Positions 9,961 through 24,303 of a stretch of 64,000 nt of DNA are shown in pieces. The position numbers were made by a program, and so were the translations under genes. Origin of the DNA: Podarcis liolepis (Eukaryota); the NCBI GenBank assembly GCA_965112155.1, contig OZ218113.1. One strand, given 5' to 3'. The notes under the pieces were generated by a model that made no database searches, was not told where the DNA came from, and saw only the letters and a program-made list of their open reading frames with translations. Each line of letters begins with the position of its first letter. Position 1 is the stretch's first letter.

Positions 9961-12102
9961 CAATTGGAACCATGCAGCAAGAAAACAAAGAAGACCAGCA
10001 GCTCCTTCCAGAGTAGATGTTGCATCGAATATCTGCTGTTTATTCTCCAAGAAGCAGCCAGACAGTGTATCCTCTCCGTCTAGGGTTGTTTTCACCAGTG
10101 CTCTGAAGCACACCGGCCCTCTTTAGCCAAAGCACATGGTTTGCAACTGCCACCTGCCATCTACCTATAGGGCTGGGCTGCTGCTGCTGCACCCCAATCC
10201 AAATGCTTGTTAAAATACAATACTACACCTTGCTGGAAGGAAAGAAAACTGAACAACAAAAGGCCTCGTTTACAGTGCTTTATTAAACTCTCACGAGAGG
10301 AAATTTAAACTGAGCTTTCCAGACGCAGAGGGGTGGAGGGAGATATTCCCCTGAAAACTGCAACACAGTCCCAAGACTACTGGCTTGTAAAGAAATGCCA
10401 CCGTGCTGGTGTTTGTGCCGCACAATGTGGCAGGCTCAGGTGCAGCTTCCTAATTAGTTATCGCCTCTTACCAAGAGAAATTGGTAAAAGGGGCAAGTGA
10501 GAAAATGGGGCCGGTGGGGCGGGGAGCAGGGAGAGAATCAGTTGATCACAGTGGGGAACTTGCAGAGAGAGCAAAGCCACTCACCTCTCTCAAAAGAGGG
10601 AATTTCCAAGGGATGCAAAATGCCCCTTGTTCGTAAACAACAACTTTGTTTTGCACCAGAGGCTCAAGCAAGAGGCAGACTTTTAAGACTCTGGTTTGTG
10701 GTCCATGCCCTTCTTACACCTGTTGTTCTGGAGAGGAGATATCCACACTCCTGGGGATGACAAAGCCCTTCTTGAGGGATAAAGAAGAGGGAGGTGCTCT
10801 AATTTTGGCCATGGGCCATCCTCCTTTGCTCTAACGTAACAGAATTAACTGGCACCTTGACAATGCTACGTGGATACCCAGGGACTGCACATAAAGACCA
10901 GAGAGCACGAATGGGGCATTCAGAGCAGCTAACCAAAGGAAATGCAAAAGCACCAGAATTGCCTTGCTGGGGCAGACCTTGTTTAACAAAGATGGCTCTG
11001 TCACATTCCTCGCCCCCCCCCTTCCACGGAAGGAAGGCAACCCCCCCCCAGCTGCTTGTTTCTCAGCAACTGGTCTTCAGAGGTACTCAGCACCTCTGTC
11101 GGATTTTGCTCTTCCTCAAATCGGTTTTTGATTTTTAAAAACTTTCTAGGGGTTGCAACATTTCTTTTTAAGAAACTGAGACAAAGCATACACAGACCCT
11201 CCCATTGCTTCTGAAGGGGATCCAGCAGGCTCCAAGTCAAAAGGGCAGAATTTTAAAATGAGCCATCTCATTTGCAGAACAACTTCCACCAGACATAGGC
11301 TTGCCATTCATCAGGAAAATTCCCGACATGTTCTGGTTTTCAGGTGTAAAAATGGGGGGGGGGGGAGGAATGTGGCAAAATGTCATGGAAAACCTGGGTG
11401 TATGGCAACGAACAATTCTGGTGGTTTCCTTGAAAAAGCTCAGCAACTTTGCGGGTGTCAGGAAAAGCAGACAGCATTTCATTAAGTTCTGGAAAAGGAT
11501 AGCAAGAAGACCAGCAATGAAGGCTTGCACATTTGCAAGATGATTTGCGACTCAGATTGTGAAGTCTGCAACACCGAGATAACAAGACACTTAGGATGAA
11601 CCCCCTTCAGACGAAGAAGTATCTCAAATTCTCAACCACAATAGCCTCTCAGTGTTGCTGCTCTATTGAGCCACGAGAGCTTGGCAATAATTGCGCTTCT
11701 CTGCAAAAAACTGCCATGCCATTAACATAGGATGGGGCAAGGCAATGTTTAGCATTTGGTCTCCTGCCACCCCATGTTTTCCTAATTTGGAACCGGGTGA
11801 CTGGAAAAGAGGAAGCCTGCAACTTTAATGCCATATCCCTGTTCAGATGCTGGAGGAGTGGAGCCTTGGTAATATTTGCCCCCACTAAAAAAAATCCCCA
11901 CCACAATGATAATAATAATAACAACTATTCCTTCATTGTTGCTACATTTTAAGCCATGGGTACTCAAGTGAAAAGAACACTCCGCTTCAAATACTCTGGT
12001 TTCTCTGCAGATCGTATAAAAGAACACTCCGCTTAGCCATAAAACCAGTTTCCTCATACTAGGTTTGCAAAAAATCCAAACAGACTTTAGGTTTGGAACC
12101 TA

Positions 12103-12267
12103 CCGTATTTTTTGCACCATAACACTCACTTTTTTCCTCCTAGAAAGGGGAAATGTCTGTGCATGTTATGGAGGGAATGCCTACGGGTGGCATGCCTACG
12201 GATTTTCCTCCTCTAAAAACTACGTGCGTGTTATGGTCGGGTGCGTGTTATAGAGCGAAAAATACGG
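12103..12267. mobile_element. Short MITE with termini related to 3139-3670
   Basis: TA|CCGTATTTTTTGCACCATAACAC ... GTGTTATAGAGCGAAAAATACGG|TA. Confidence 0.8.
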
Positions 12268-12539
12268 TATTTTGCCTTACAAGGCGCAGACTCAGAATGG
12301 TGTCATAATAAAAACAAGTATGCTCCTAAACATGTACAGAGTGTGGTTCTCTCACTACCACATTGTAGCCCATCATGCACCAGATATAAGGATGTCAAGG
12401 TCAGAGGATGCAGTTTCCAATGAGGTGTGAGCCACGGTGGTGTCAGACCTTCTCTTGTTAGAAACTGAGCCCCCACACCCAGCAAAATAAGATTCCTTGA
12501 CACATCTACATGGAAGCAAGTTTTATTGATTTCAGTGGA

Positions 12540-15360
12540 ACTTGTACTCCAGGGGTGACCTTGAGATCACATTCAAAAGCTCTGCTATCTGGATTCATAA
12601 TAATCTGGGCTGAAATAGGATGGTCAATGTGTTTGTGACAAATTACATTTCTCAACATATGCTTAATATTATTTATAAAATGAATACATACATCCAAAAC
12701 AACTAATTTAACCAAATGAACAAAAAAATCACAGCAAGAACAATTCCAGGGATCACTACCCTCAAGCTTACTTAGAATAAAATTTCTTAGAAAAGGCAGA
12801 AATGATATGTAGCCAACACTGCTGCTTTCTAAGAAGGTACAGTAAGAAGACTTTGTGTAATATGCAAACGTTGAAAGCCTCAAAGTCTAATCTGGCACCT
12901 GAGAGCGAAAGAGGTACTCTTGCCTACAACCACAACTGGTTTTCTACACTTTCTACAGTTAATATGATAGAAGAGAGCCATCCTCCTGTCTGCTTCATTG
13001 CTGAAAAAGTTCTTCCCACTTACCAATCCTATAGAAGCAATGAACAAGCACTGCATGATCAAACCTACAGGGAGACTGTTTTCAGATAGCTGTAGACTAA
13101 AATCCCATACACAGTTAAAATGAGAGCAAGTTCCACTGCATTCAATTGGTCTTACTTCTGAGTAGACATGTCTTGGATTTTGCTCCTGATTCTAAGTCCC
13201 AGGTAGAGATCTATCATTTAATAGCCAAAAGCTGCATAATGTCTCACATGGATTTTTATCAGTGTGGCATGCAATTTGTCAAATTTAGGAAAGGCATAAG
13301 AAATTAGATGAAAAAGGAAATGCATTTGGCTATGCAAATCTCTCAATCTCACATGGCCTCTTGCAATGGGTGAACAGCTCTAATCTGTCTAATGGGAGAT
13401 CCACTGAGGATGAAGCTGAACATGACTCTAAATTGTAGCAGAGGAGTGAAGGAGCAGCGTGTTGCAATTACTATTGTGGCAGATGTAGCCTTGGAAGGCC
13501 AGGGTTCAAATCAATCTTCACACATTAATTGGACATCCTTGGCCAAGTCAACGGGACAGAGGCACACCTCACACGAGGGACCCATTTCAGGGCTCAGAGT
13601 GGCCCCCAGCTGGAAAGAAAGCCTGTGGATTAGGTCTTGACCATTCCGGCTGACCTTGCAGTTATTTTGGCCATCTTTACCTTACCACACTGATGAATTA
13701 CTTGCTGCCTGAGAGTAATCCACCAGGGACTGTGGGCAAGCAGTGTCCAGGGTGAGATCCAGAAGTGGGTGCAGCCAGAGCCTGCAGGGCAGTGGTCCAT
13801 CTATTGCAAAATAGCAGCTGAATCATTTAATTTTATGACAATACCTCCTTACTGAATCCTAAGGTGTTACAGGCTGCTACATTTTAAACCAGGGAGAGGA
13901 ATATTTGACCGCACCCTTGATGTTGCTGGACTACAGCCACTGGGCATGCTGCATGGGGCTGAAGGAGGACCACAGATTGTTCTAAGCAATAGTCAGAGGG
14001 AACACAGAACTAATAAAGATAACTGTACGGTCTGGGTGCATTCATATGGGAAGCTCTTGTCCTTAAGGTATTGGAGCCTGAAGCTGCATAAAGCTCAAAC
14101 TTGGAGCAAAGCCTGGAAACCCAATGCTAACCAATCCAGTCTAGCCAGCATTAGTGTTATAGGCTCAAGCTGTCTTGCCCAAGTGAGCAAACAGGCTACT
14201 GAATTCTGCACCAGTTGCAGTTTCTGAACAGTCTCAACCTAGAGGTTACCAGAGCATAGACAACAGAAGCTGGACAATCTCCCTTCAGATAGAACCACAG
14301 CTGGACCACCAGCCAAAACTGATGAAAGGCACTCTGAGCCACAGAGGCCTCCAGGGACTGTCATGAATCCAAAAATACCCCAAATGTGCACATCTGTTCC
14401 TTCATGAGAAATGCAACCCCATCCAGAAGGGGGAAGCATCCACTAATAGTGCCTCAAGTCTTATCTGGATTAAGCTTCAGTTTCTTGGCATACTGATGAC
14501 TCCAAATCTACAGAAGATCCCGACCAGTTTTATGCTGATGTTAAATACTGTGGAGCATAAAAGTGAAAACCTACAACGATGTCTCCACAAGGCTGAACAA
14601 CAGCCTTCCATCAACTTTCATGGTCACTCCAGAAGGACACCCTGGTATCGAAAGGAGTCAAGAGATCAAGGAGAACAGGGTCACACTTCCCATCTCTCTC
14701 ATAATCACCAAATTCTTGTATGTTCTTGCCTTGCTTCTTCTTGCTAATAGAATGGACGTAAGGCAACCCACTGCCTGAAGCCAATCCTGTAAAAATTTCA
14801 CTGGGGGAGGGGTGGGCAAGAATCCCACTGTGGAAATTAAGTTTGTATGAGAAGGGCACTTCAAAAAGCACACATGAAGCTTTAATAGATAAAGATAGTC
14901 TATGCAGAAAGAGGAATCTATTACCAAAGAACTGAAACAACCGATTTCAGAGCAGAATTGCAGCAGCTGTTAAACAGCATGTAATGACACAACACTAAAC
15001 AACAGGAGGCAAAGAGAGAATATCACATGCATTTGGAACTGAAAAGGGATAACAGGGAGGCAGAACACAGAGGGAGCTTCATCCAATATAGCTACACCAA
15101 TTCCTTCCAATAATAGATGCAACTTAATGGGGAGCACTTCCAAGTACATCAAAATGTGTGAAGCAAGTTCACTGGCTACTTGGCAGACTTTTCCCCATAG
15201 ACTGTGGCAACGTCCATCCACACAAATATATGGCAACAATAATTTTAAGCAAAGTGAGAGATATAAGTGGATGAAAGAATGCATACGAACCTGCAAATTG
15301 AATTAGTATAATGTTTGAAAGGAAGAGCAGGAATAAAAATGGTGATATAGAATTCAACCT
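12540..15360 (-). mobile_element. Very old, fragmented L1-like remnants (ORF1 and endonuclease regions)
   Basis: Weak resemblance of minus-strand peptides near 14660-14930 and 12550-12850 to L1 ORF1 and APE. Boundaries are uncertain. Confidence 0.3.
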
Positions 15361-17387
15361 GATTTGTTAACTGCTACAGAACCAGGAATTGTATTTAACC
15401 AGTAAGGCAGGAGGGCACCTGTACTGAATGTGTACAACAGTTACGATGCTGATAGAAAAAAAGTGGACCTTACAACAAAATGTTGCAGTCCCATATGTCC
15501 CTGCTCCACTAAGCCAGCCATGCCCTCCAACAAGATACGCCATTCCATTCTCTCTGTTTTCTTGCCACAACAAACTGTTCTGAGGCCACCGAGCAGGCTC
15601 AGCCCTAACTTTTAGGGTCCATCCCCAGCAAAAAAATCTGTTGTATTTCTGCATATCTGCCGATTCCTCATTCTTGTGTGTGACTAGTGCTATTTTGGCT
15701 ACATAAGTAACGGCACCCACAGTCTGAATATAAATAGAGGGCATTACTGCATACAACAGAGGTCTGCTATTCTTTATATCAATCGTTATAATACCAATCA
15801 TTTTGTATTATTTTTATTTATTTGAACTCTGTTTTTCCAAAACTATTATATATTCATTGATTGTTAAAAAAAATCATTGTTTTAAAAAAGAATAAAATAA
15901 AAACTGTACAAACAGTTAAAAACAGCTATCTGAAACATTCAAATAATAATTAAAATCCACTATAAGCAACTCCAATAAAAAGTACATTGGCTCCTGCAGA
16001 CAAGAGGTGGGGCTATGGAGCAAGTAGCATCCATGGGTGGGAAAACTCTGGCAGTTCACAGCTAAAGAAACCAACAGGAGCTCAAACGGCTTTGACATTG
16101 ACTGATCCAGGAGGTGGTGTACTGAACTCTCACCATGCTGCCTGCCACTTGGTTTAGACCAAAAGGGCTCCCACACTTTGGGGCATTTGTCTCTGGTGTA
16201 CTGAACCAGGGAGACAGGACCACACCAGTCCAGCATAAGGGCTGGCCACCCATATCCTATCATATTAATTTCCTAATTCCTTGCCAAAATAATCATCACT
16301 GCCAAAATTCAAAGCAAGGTAATATTCCAGGAGAGCTTCTGAAGTACAGATCTCATGCAGTTCACAGAGCAACTAGTACCAAGCACTACCATGTAAAAAC
16401 AGATAAACAAGGAAGGAGTCACCTCTGATGGAATCATGACTTTTTTAAAGGGTCATGCCCACTTCTATGATCTATTCAACAGATCATGCCACATACTTTA
16501 GCCAGCTTCCTTTCTGGAGGCAACAAGAACTGGGCAATTCTTTGGGCAAACCAAACTGTGTTGGAGCAGGTCCTCCAGGACAGCACATGGGGAAACCTGA
16601 GGATATTGAGCCCCTGCCATAAGGGAGCCTAGAATAACCTCCTATGTAATGGTCACCATTTTAAACAGAATCAGTAAGCTGTAATAGTGAAGAGGATCAT
16701 TTATTGTCCAGCCTAGCATTTTAGGGTTATTTAGTTAATCATTCCTTTCAGAATGGTTATTTCTCCTAATGTGCATATTCAAGATGGCTTAACACAGCTT
16801 AGTTCTATCTCAATATGTGACCACATAGCTCTACATAAAAAGGACAGATACAATGGACTCCACAAGTGGCAATTTTAAAACATTTGCCATTGTGAGTGGA
16901 TTTTCTAACACAGAATTAAACATGCTCCCACTTTCATGCATTCCCACTTTTCCTTCCTTTGTTGTTGGTTCATTTTCCTACCTGCTGGATCACTGTGCTT
17001 CCTTAAGTAGAGATGCTCCCTCTCTTAACCTTAGTTACCACAGCATCCATTTGAACAAAAGATACTTGTGGCCTGATCCAGTGCATGTTTATTCAGCGGC
17101 AAGTCTCAATGAGTCTGACTGAACTTACTGCCAGGTAAGTATGTACTGGACTGGAGCCTCCAGTGATGCTATTTCAGGGATCAATAACAGGAATTTTGAG
17201 ATGCATCCAAAGAAAGGATAATAAAGAAAGTACACTACATTGTCTACTTCCAGAGCTGAATGTAGAGCCTCTTTGCCTTCTTGGGAGCGAGGTTAGAATC
17301 CAACTCTTAAAAAAATAAACCAGGTGGTCAGTTGTGGGAAAGCCCCTTGACTTCGAGCACAACAGTCTGCTTAACTGCTGTAACAAT

Positions 17388-17587
17388 CAGGGCCAACCCA
17401 GGGCATTTTGACACCTGAAGCGAACCACAAGATCGTACCCCGCTCCCCACCAGGGAAGAAGGGGTGATTGAAAATCTACATCAAGAAGAAGGGGGGAAAT
17501 AAACATCTGCATTGGGATATGGTGCCCCTGTGGATTCTGCTGCCTGAGGCTGCCACCTCACCTTGCCTCATGTGTGGGCCGGCCCTG
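17388..17587. mobile_element. hAT MITE (CAGGGCC...GGCCCTG ends)
   Basis: 8-bp TSD GTAACAAT/GAAACAAT. Confidence 0.75.
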
Positions 17588-19427
17588 GAAACAATACATA
17601 GCTTATGGAAAATGTGTGTGCGTGTGTGATTGGTGTGGAATAGGCCATTGGCCCTAGATACGGTAAGTATATATTCTGCTCACCTATTGGCAGCAAATCT
17701 CATTGAGTGGCCCAAAGAATGACACCCTTTCTGCCTGTCAGACGGAGCAACCTCAGCCTCTTGTTGCAAGGATAAATGAAATTAATAATAGAATGCAGGC
17801 ACTGAGAAGTAAACCTGGTGACTTTGATTTATCTTCCCACCCTTCGCTCCAGGGAGGTCTTGGAGGCAGCACACAGGAAGGTGCCTTACACCAAATCACA
17901 CAACTGGTCCATTTTGCTTAATATTGCCCAAACCATCAGGCAAGGGACATTCCCAGTCCGATCTGCAGATACCAGGGATTGAACCTGGGACCTTCTGCGT
18001 GCACAGCAAATGCCTGGCCATTGGGCTGCAGCCCCTCCCCATTCAGAATATGCCTATGAATGCCAGTTGTTGGGGGAACATGAGCAGAAGAGTTCCTATC
18101 TGGCTGGCCACTGTGAACTGGCAGGGGGTTGGACTCGATGGCCCTTGTGGTCTCTTCCAACTCTATGATTCTATGATTCTATGAACTGGGATGCACGACT
18201 AGAAGGGTCATTGGCCCAATCCGGATGCAGGATGCTTCTTGTGGCAATGTTCCTGTTCAGAAACAAAGCTCTGAAAAGGCATGGGATGGGTCATACATAG
18301 GAAAGAGAATTACAGTACCCCACCCTGGGGTTGCTATGCAATGAAGAGTGGGGATATAACTTCAACAAGACAATAAAAATTGCATCCCAATGCTGTTACT
18401 TCATTTTAGAATAACACATCCTAGACGTCACAGCCAACACACTCACAGCTACAGAAACTGCTATCCACAGAAAAACTGCAGCATACATTTCTTCTTTTAT
18501 GTGAATTCTGAAGAAGACAATGAAGATTGTGGAATCTCCTTTTAAAAAACAGGAGAAAGAAATCTTTTGGATGGAAAGGTGGAGACTGAACGTGCCTACC
18601 CTCTTTCCGAGACATCCTCTATCCCTGCTTCCCTCTTGCTGAGGAATTCTCTGAAAGCCTGGCTATGAACAACAGCCTTACAATAGGCTGAAACATGAGC
18701 CTCTGCTTTCCCAGCCTCTTCATAGGCTAAAGCCTGGCACTCCTCTCCATCTCATTTGCAAGCTGGAAAAGCAACAGCTCACATTTCTACAGGGGTAATA
18801 CATCATTATTTCAGATTCAGTCCCACCAGAAAGGGGAGGGGAGATGACAACAACAAAAAGCAAACTATTAAGCTGGAATCTCCAATCACTTAAAAAGGGA
18901 GAGCTCACTAACTATTTTTATTTCACTTTTTATATGATTTTGCATTCTTGTGTTACATAGACAGCATCATTTTCAAGACAAACCTCATTACAAACTGGCA
19001 AATTTGGAAATATACTTGACAATCTGATAACAAAGTTCAAGAAAACACTATGAGTGTTCTTTTAACTCATGTGCAACCGTACTCATTCTATGTGCCTATT
19101 TTATAGTTTTGTTTGTCATCTTTTAGTTTTTATCTGTTATAATTGTTCTCAGTTTTATACACATTTTAAAACGAATTTTTAAAAAGACCAATTGTTTATA
19201 TTTAATTATGGAGCAGGAAAGGTCATAAGCCCCTGTAGAATGGCTGAGCGACTCAAGGAGAAGGCACAAACAGCAACATGTTTGAAAAGATACTGCAGTG
19301 AGGAAGAGTGCATTTCATAAGATCCAACTCTGAAGCAGATGCACAACTGAATCCTATGCATGACAGCTTGGAAGGAAACTACTTTACTATCTCACTATCT
19401 CACAAGGTTAGCAAATAACAGACAATA

Positions 19428-19764
19428 CAGTGGTGCCTCGCAAGACAAAATCCGTTCCGCGAGTCTCTTCGTCTAGCGGTTTTTTCGTCTTGCGAAGCAA
19501 CCCTATTAGCGGCTTAGCGCTATTAGCGGTTTAGCGGCTATTAAAGGCTTAGCGGATTAGCGGCTAAAAGGCTATTAGCGGCTTAGAAAAAGGGGGGGAA
19601 AGCAAAAAAAAAAATCGCAAGACTCGCAAGACTCGCAAGACGTTTTCGTCTTGCGAAGCAAGCCCATAGGGAAAATCGTCTTGCGAAGCAGCTCAAAAAC
19701 GGAAAACCCTTTCGTCTAGCGGGTTTTCCGTCTTGCGAGGCATTCGTCTTGCGGGGCACCACTG
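19428..19764. mobile_element. Tigger-like MITE, copy 1
   Basis: TA|CAGTGGTGCCTCGCAAGAC ... GTCTTGCGGGGCACCACTG|TA, with internal TAGCGG repeats. Confidence 0.9.
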
Positions 19765-20371
19765 TATTACAACTCCAGGGAGCCTAAAAACATTTACAAC
19801 TTGACAGACCAAATGCTTGTTGAAACAAGGTGGTGGCTTCCAAGTGACAATAGCACAACCTGGCTAAAAATTGTTTCCCATGGGAGGTTTAACAGCAGCA
19901 TGGAAAAGAGACTGCAGCAGGTCCCTTCTTGTCCCAGCAGTCAACCCGGCTGATGTGGAGAGGGAATTTTCACACAAGGCCTCAGATCATGCACCACATC
20001 TTCTCTGGAATACTCCTAACCAATTCCAATACAAAGGAATCACATCCATGTAGGGCTAAGTCTCCCATCTTACAAATTAAGCACATCTTGTTTTATAAGT
20101 TAAACACTTTATAGCACATGGATGTTCCCCACAGATGCATACAGGCAACTCCTGGCCACTGTGCACCGTGCATGCAGGACATGCAGAAGTCTGCCCAGCC
20201 CCTGTGCAGCGTGGAAAACACAAGTGGGTCAGAGCCTGTACACATACTACACACAATTCTTGGGCTGAGAATTGGAGCTTGCACCTGTTTAAAATCAGCA
20301 ATGCAATTATTCTCAAATGCAAAGCTCTTCACACCGCTTACATATATGTAAAGCTTATCTGAACCACTTAC

Positions 20372-21547
20372 CTCTTCCATTTTTTCTGGAGTCGGACTAT
20401 CGTTATCAGGCAACATTTCTTTAGGTTCAGAGGACTCCGTTTTGGAAGTCCTACTCAGCTGGTCAAGGGGAGTCAGGCTAGCATCAGGCATTCCTTTCGA
20501 ATTCTGTGAGAGAGAAGTTATTCCAAGAATTGGCTCCTCATCGTCAGAATCCGGCAATGGTGTTGGACTAATGTCCTCCAAGCCTGTGCTGGAAGGACGC
20601 GAGGAAGGGGTTTGTGCTCTGTAGTTGGGCTGAGAGTTGGAACCAAATGTTGCAATTGGAGAAAGCTGGGAGGAGGAGGAGGAGATGGGGCTACCTTCCA
20701 TTCTAATCTCATTGTCCGAGTCATGCTCATTGAGAAAATATAGCTTTGTTCTCTGCTCTTTTAAGAGCATCTCAATTCTTGAGTCCAAACTGTTGTGCTG
20801 AATTTCAGATTCTGTGGTTGGGGTGCCTGGGGTCTCGCTCCTTTCTGGAGTCTGTGTGAAGGGTACCACAGGTGGTTCGTTGAGACTGTTGGGCTCAGGT
20901 GGGGCTGGGGGCTCCTCAGGTTTGTCCTTCACAGGAACAAAGTCAACAGTGGCAGTGGCGCTACTTTCAACTGCCATCTCTGTTGGTGTTGGTGGCGGCC
21001 GACGGTACTCAGCATCCCTAGAAGTTTGGGGAAACTGCGGCTCTTCAGGCTGGGGAAACGTTGTGGGTGCCTGGTAGGGGGAGAAAGCGGACTTGAAAGT
21101 CGAAGAACCTGTGTGGCTCAAAGGAGGAGTGTGGGAAAATTGCACAGCCTCTTGAGGGTGGGATTTGAATGCACTGAACTGATGTTCTGACCCTCGGAAA
21201 ACACCAGCTGAATTATGAACATAATGGTGGCCTGGGCGTCTGTTATAAGCATCTGTAAATTTTGTTTCATGTCTTCTGGGTTTATACCCAGAGTCCTGAC
21301 TAAAGTGGTACGCAGGTGTTGTCTGACGACTAGAGTACGCAGAATCTTGGGAAAATGGAGTCCCCAGGCGTGGGGTAAGAGGGGTTCCTTGGGACTGAGG
21401 AGTGAATTGGCTGTAAGAGTTTGGGGTATCTTGCCGACAACTGGAAAAGGCGGTATCATGGGAAAATGGGGTACCACTGTTTGGGGTAGCTGATGATCCC
21501 ACAGAAGAAGCACTGTTGTCTTTTAATTGTTTCAGAGTTTCAGCCAG
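20372..21547 (-). CDS. SETD1B: SETD1B coding exon 6 (392 aa, Ser/Pro-rich; GTPFSQDS repeats, [31 protein letters not shown])
   Basis: 1176 nt open frame, TTTTTTGCAG acceptor, GAG|GTAAGT donor. Contains hallmark SETD1B motifs. Confidence 0.97.
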
Positions 21548-24171
21548 CTGCAAAAAAGGAAAACAGAAAATATGCATACATTTCTGAAGTGCCATTGGAA
21601 ACATTAAGACTTGAGCAGGGGGCCTAGCTATGCACACATCCAAGGAACACTTAAGGAGCCACTTGACAAGCATACATATAAACACTGCTGCTGCAAGATG
21701 ATCAAGAGTGGCAGGCATCAGTACTAGCCCTACACTGGACAAAGGTTCCTGAAACCATCCTTTCATCTAATCTACCAGTTGTTGTTTTCTAACCTCTAGT
21801 GCATGTTTGTGTGGGGTGGGGTGGGGTTAATGAAATGTACCAACTAGAAGAGAATTTGGCTGAGTTGTAAAAAAACCAAAAACAAACCCAGAATCTTTGA
21901 ACAAAAACATACCGGGGCAGCTGGAATTTTTCCAGCTATTGATTTTTTAAGAACCACATGCACAACCAACTGATCACTGTCAATTAATAGTTACTTTGAA
22001 GTCCTCTTCAATTATTGTAAATAGACCATTTCCAAGTTCTGAAGTTCACAGAAAAATAAAATGAAAGGTTCGAGAACTATGACGACAGTAAACCTAATAC
22101 ATATTCGACCAGGCAGTATCTGTAAAAAATAAATGACTCTATCCCCATCTTTCATGAACGGCCATGGAATTGATCTTGAAGCTAACATGGCAACAGTAAA
22201 TCCATAGCCAATAAGATCAAACACTAAAAAGGAATCAGGACATCAAGTAACCGTGGGACTCAGCAGAAAGGACTTGACATTGTTAGCCCACTGTTATTCT
22301 CAGATGAAGAAACAAATGCCTATGATTAGACCATCTGCTTAAGTGGTTGTTGCAAGCGGTGGATGGCGAGAACTCCCTGCAATCCCTGTGTAAATAAACC
22401 CAGTGTGTGGCGGCTGATGCAGATAAATCTGAGGGGGAGTAAAGAGAAATGAACACTAGCGACTGATAAGGGAAGAACACAAAGTGAGGGAGTGCGGCAT
22501 GGCTGAAGGATCAGCTGCCCACAATATAAACAGCGACAGGCTGGCACATGGCTGGCTGATCGGCATCACAGGGCACCTGCCAAGGCTCACAGCACAGCCT
22601 CCAGCTGCCTTCCCCTTCCTGCTTCGTAGACAGGGCTCAAAGAATGCACGCAGGCAGTGGTGCCAGGGTCAAGAAGGGTGTCCCAACCCCTAGCAGCCCA
22701 TTCAGAAAACCTTCCAAGTCATAATTTGTAGGATCAGCAATGAGCACTGTGCCCAACACACTTCTCCTGTACCCTCACAGGTAGGGCTTAATTTTGGTAC
22801 CACTTGATTTAATAATGCCAGGATTTGTCATTATGTCCAAACCAAAAACAACCAGTATTAAAGCACTGTTAACAATCCTGTAGTTTGGAGGGCTCACTCA
22901 AGTTTGTGGGTTTGGATGTAATGGTGAACAATGGACAAAGTAATGAATTATGATCCCTACACGAGAGAAAGGGGGAAAGGAATATTGATCAGAGGATTGT
23001 CTGAATGCAGCCTTTAATTTGTGACATTACTCAGGACTGCAGAAGAAATGCCATTCCCATGTCAAGAAACAAACAAACGTGAACATTCCCTAAATTCACT
23101 TGATGGATTTCAATGAAAGGCAGAGCCTTGCTCAACAGAGGGAGCTCAGTGCCACGAGCTGGAGATCTATTATGGTGCAATCATTACAGCTTTCTTATTC
23201 AAACATCCAAAAGAAATGTTAAGGGAAACAAAAGTGATAATGAAAATGAAGAAACCAAAAGCAAGCAGATTTCTTTTATTTTACATTTGCCTGATGAAAA
23301 TAAAGGTTATGAAATTTCAGTATTCAGAGTAAACAGACTGAGCAAATGACAGAAAATGTCAGCAGAGAAGCACTTACAATTTTGGGCAAAATACACTTTA
23401 CTGAACTAGGAAGTAGGTTCCTAAATAAAAGTAACTAGAAATGAATGGATATTTCAAGGTACTCGTCATATGCCTCAACAGAAAATGTTTAAACACTTAT
23501 AAAGGGCACAGTGCTACAAACGTTTACGAAGGAGCACATCCCACAAAACTTACTTGAATTTACACCTGCATCAGCTTGCTTGGCTGCACTGAATGGGGCT
23601 TTCCGGTACCGCAAAATAGTCTATGCAAGCAGGCCAGACAAGCAGTCACATGGATTAAATTCAAACTCAGCCACTTTTGCACCTAGAACTCCCCATGTCA
23701 CAAAATCATATTCTGTTTGTTCCATTAGTAGAGATTTTTTGGAACATGGCAGAAATTACTCAACAAGTTTTAGCATTTCATGCATTCTGTCTTTGTTGGC
23801 ATTTTGTGCCAAAAACTGAATCCGCAGCATAAAATTTCAATTATTAACTACTACTTAAATATCATTGAGAAATCCCCCCTCCTCCACACAAACAACTTGA
23901 TCTTAAGGGAGCAAAAAAGGACATTGGGAAGGAAGCAGCCTTTACAGCTGATTCCTACACACCTATTTCAAGTCTTATGGGTTCAAATGCCCAACGCCAG
24001 AAAGAAGCCAGAACAGGGTCTCTAGTTTTATTCTTTATTTCTTAAATTTTATATAGCACCTTTCTGCCAATGCACCTAAGGTGGTTTACAATTTTAAACT
24101 ACTAAAACGCAGTCCAACTGGAGCAGGCCTCGATATTGTCTCTGCGTGCCTCCCAGCCTCGCTGCTTCCTT

Positions 24172-24303
24172 CCCACAGGGGAAGGTTGTGGACTCTCCTT
24201 CCTTGGAGGATTTTAAGCAGAGGTTGGATGGACATGATTCCTGCACTGCAGGGGGTTGGACTAGATGACCCTCGGGGTCCCTTCCGACTCTACAGTTCTA
24301 TGA
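24172..24303 (+). mobile_element. CR1 LINE 3' end
   Basis: GGACTAGATGACCCTCGGGGTCCCTTCCGACTCTACAGTTCTATGA is a CR1-type terminus. Confidence 0.75.

Noticed and set aside
23200-23420. Additional minus-strand splice-like and AATAAA signals in SETD1B intron 5
   Set aside because: The sequence is very AT-rich, so such motifs arise by chance, and I could not build a coherent exon.
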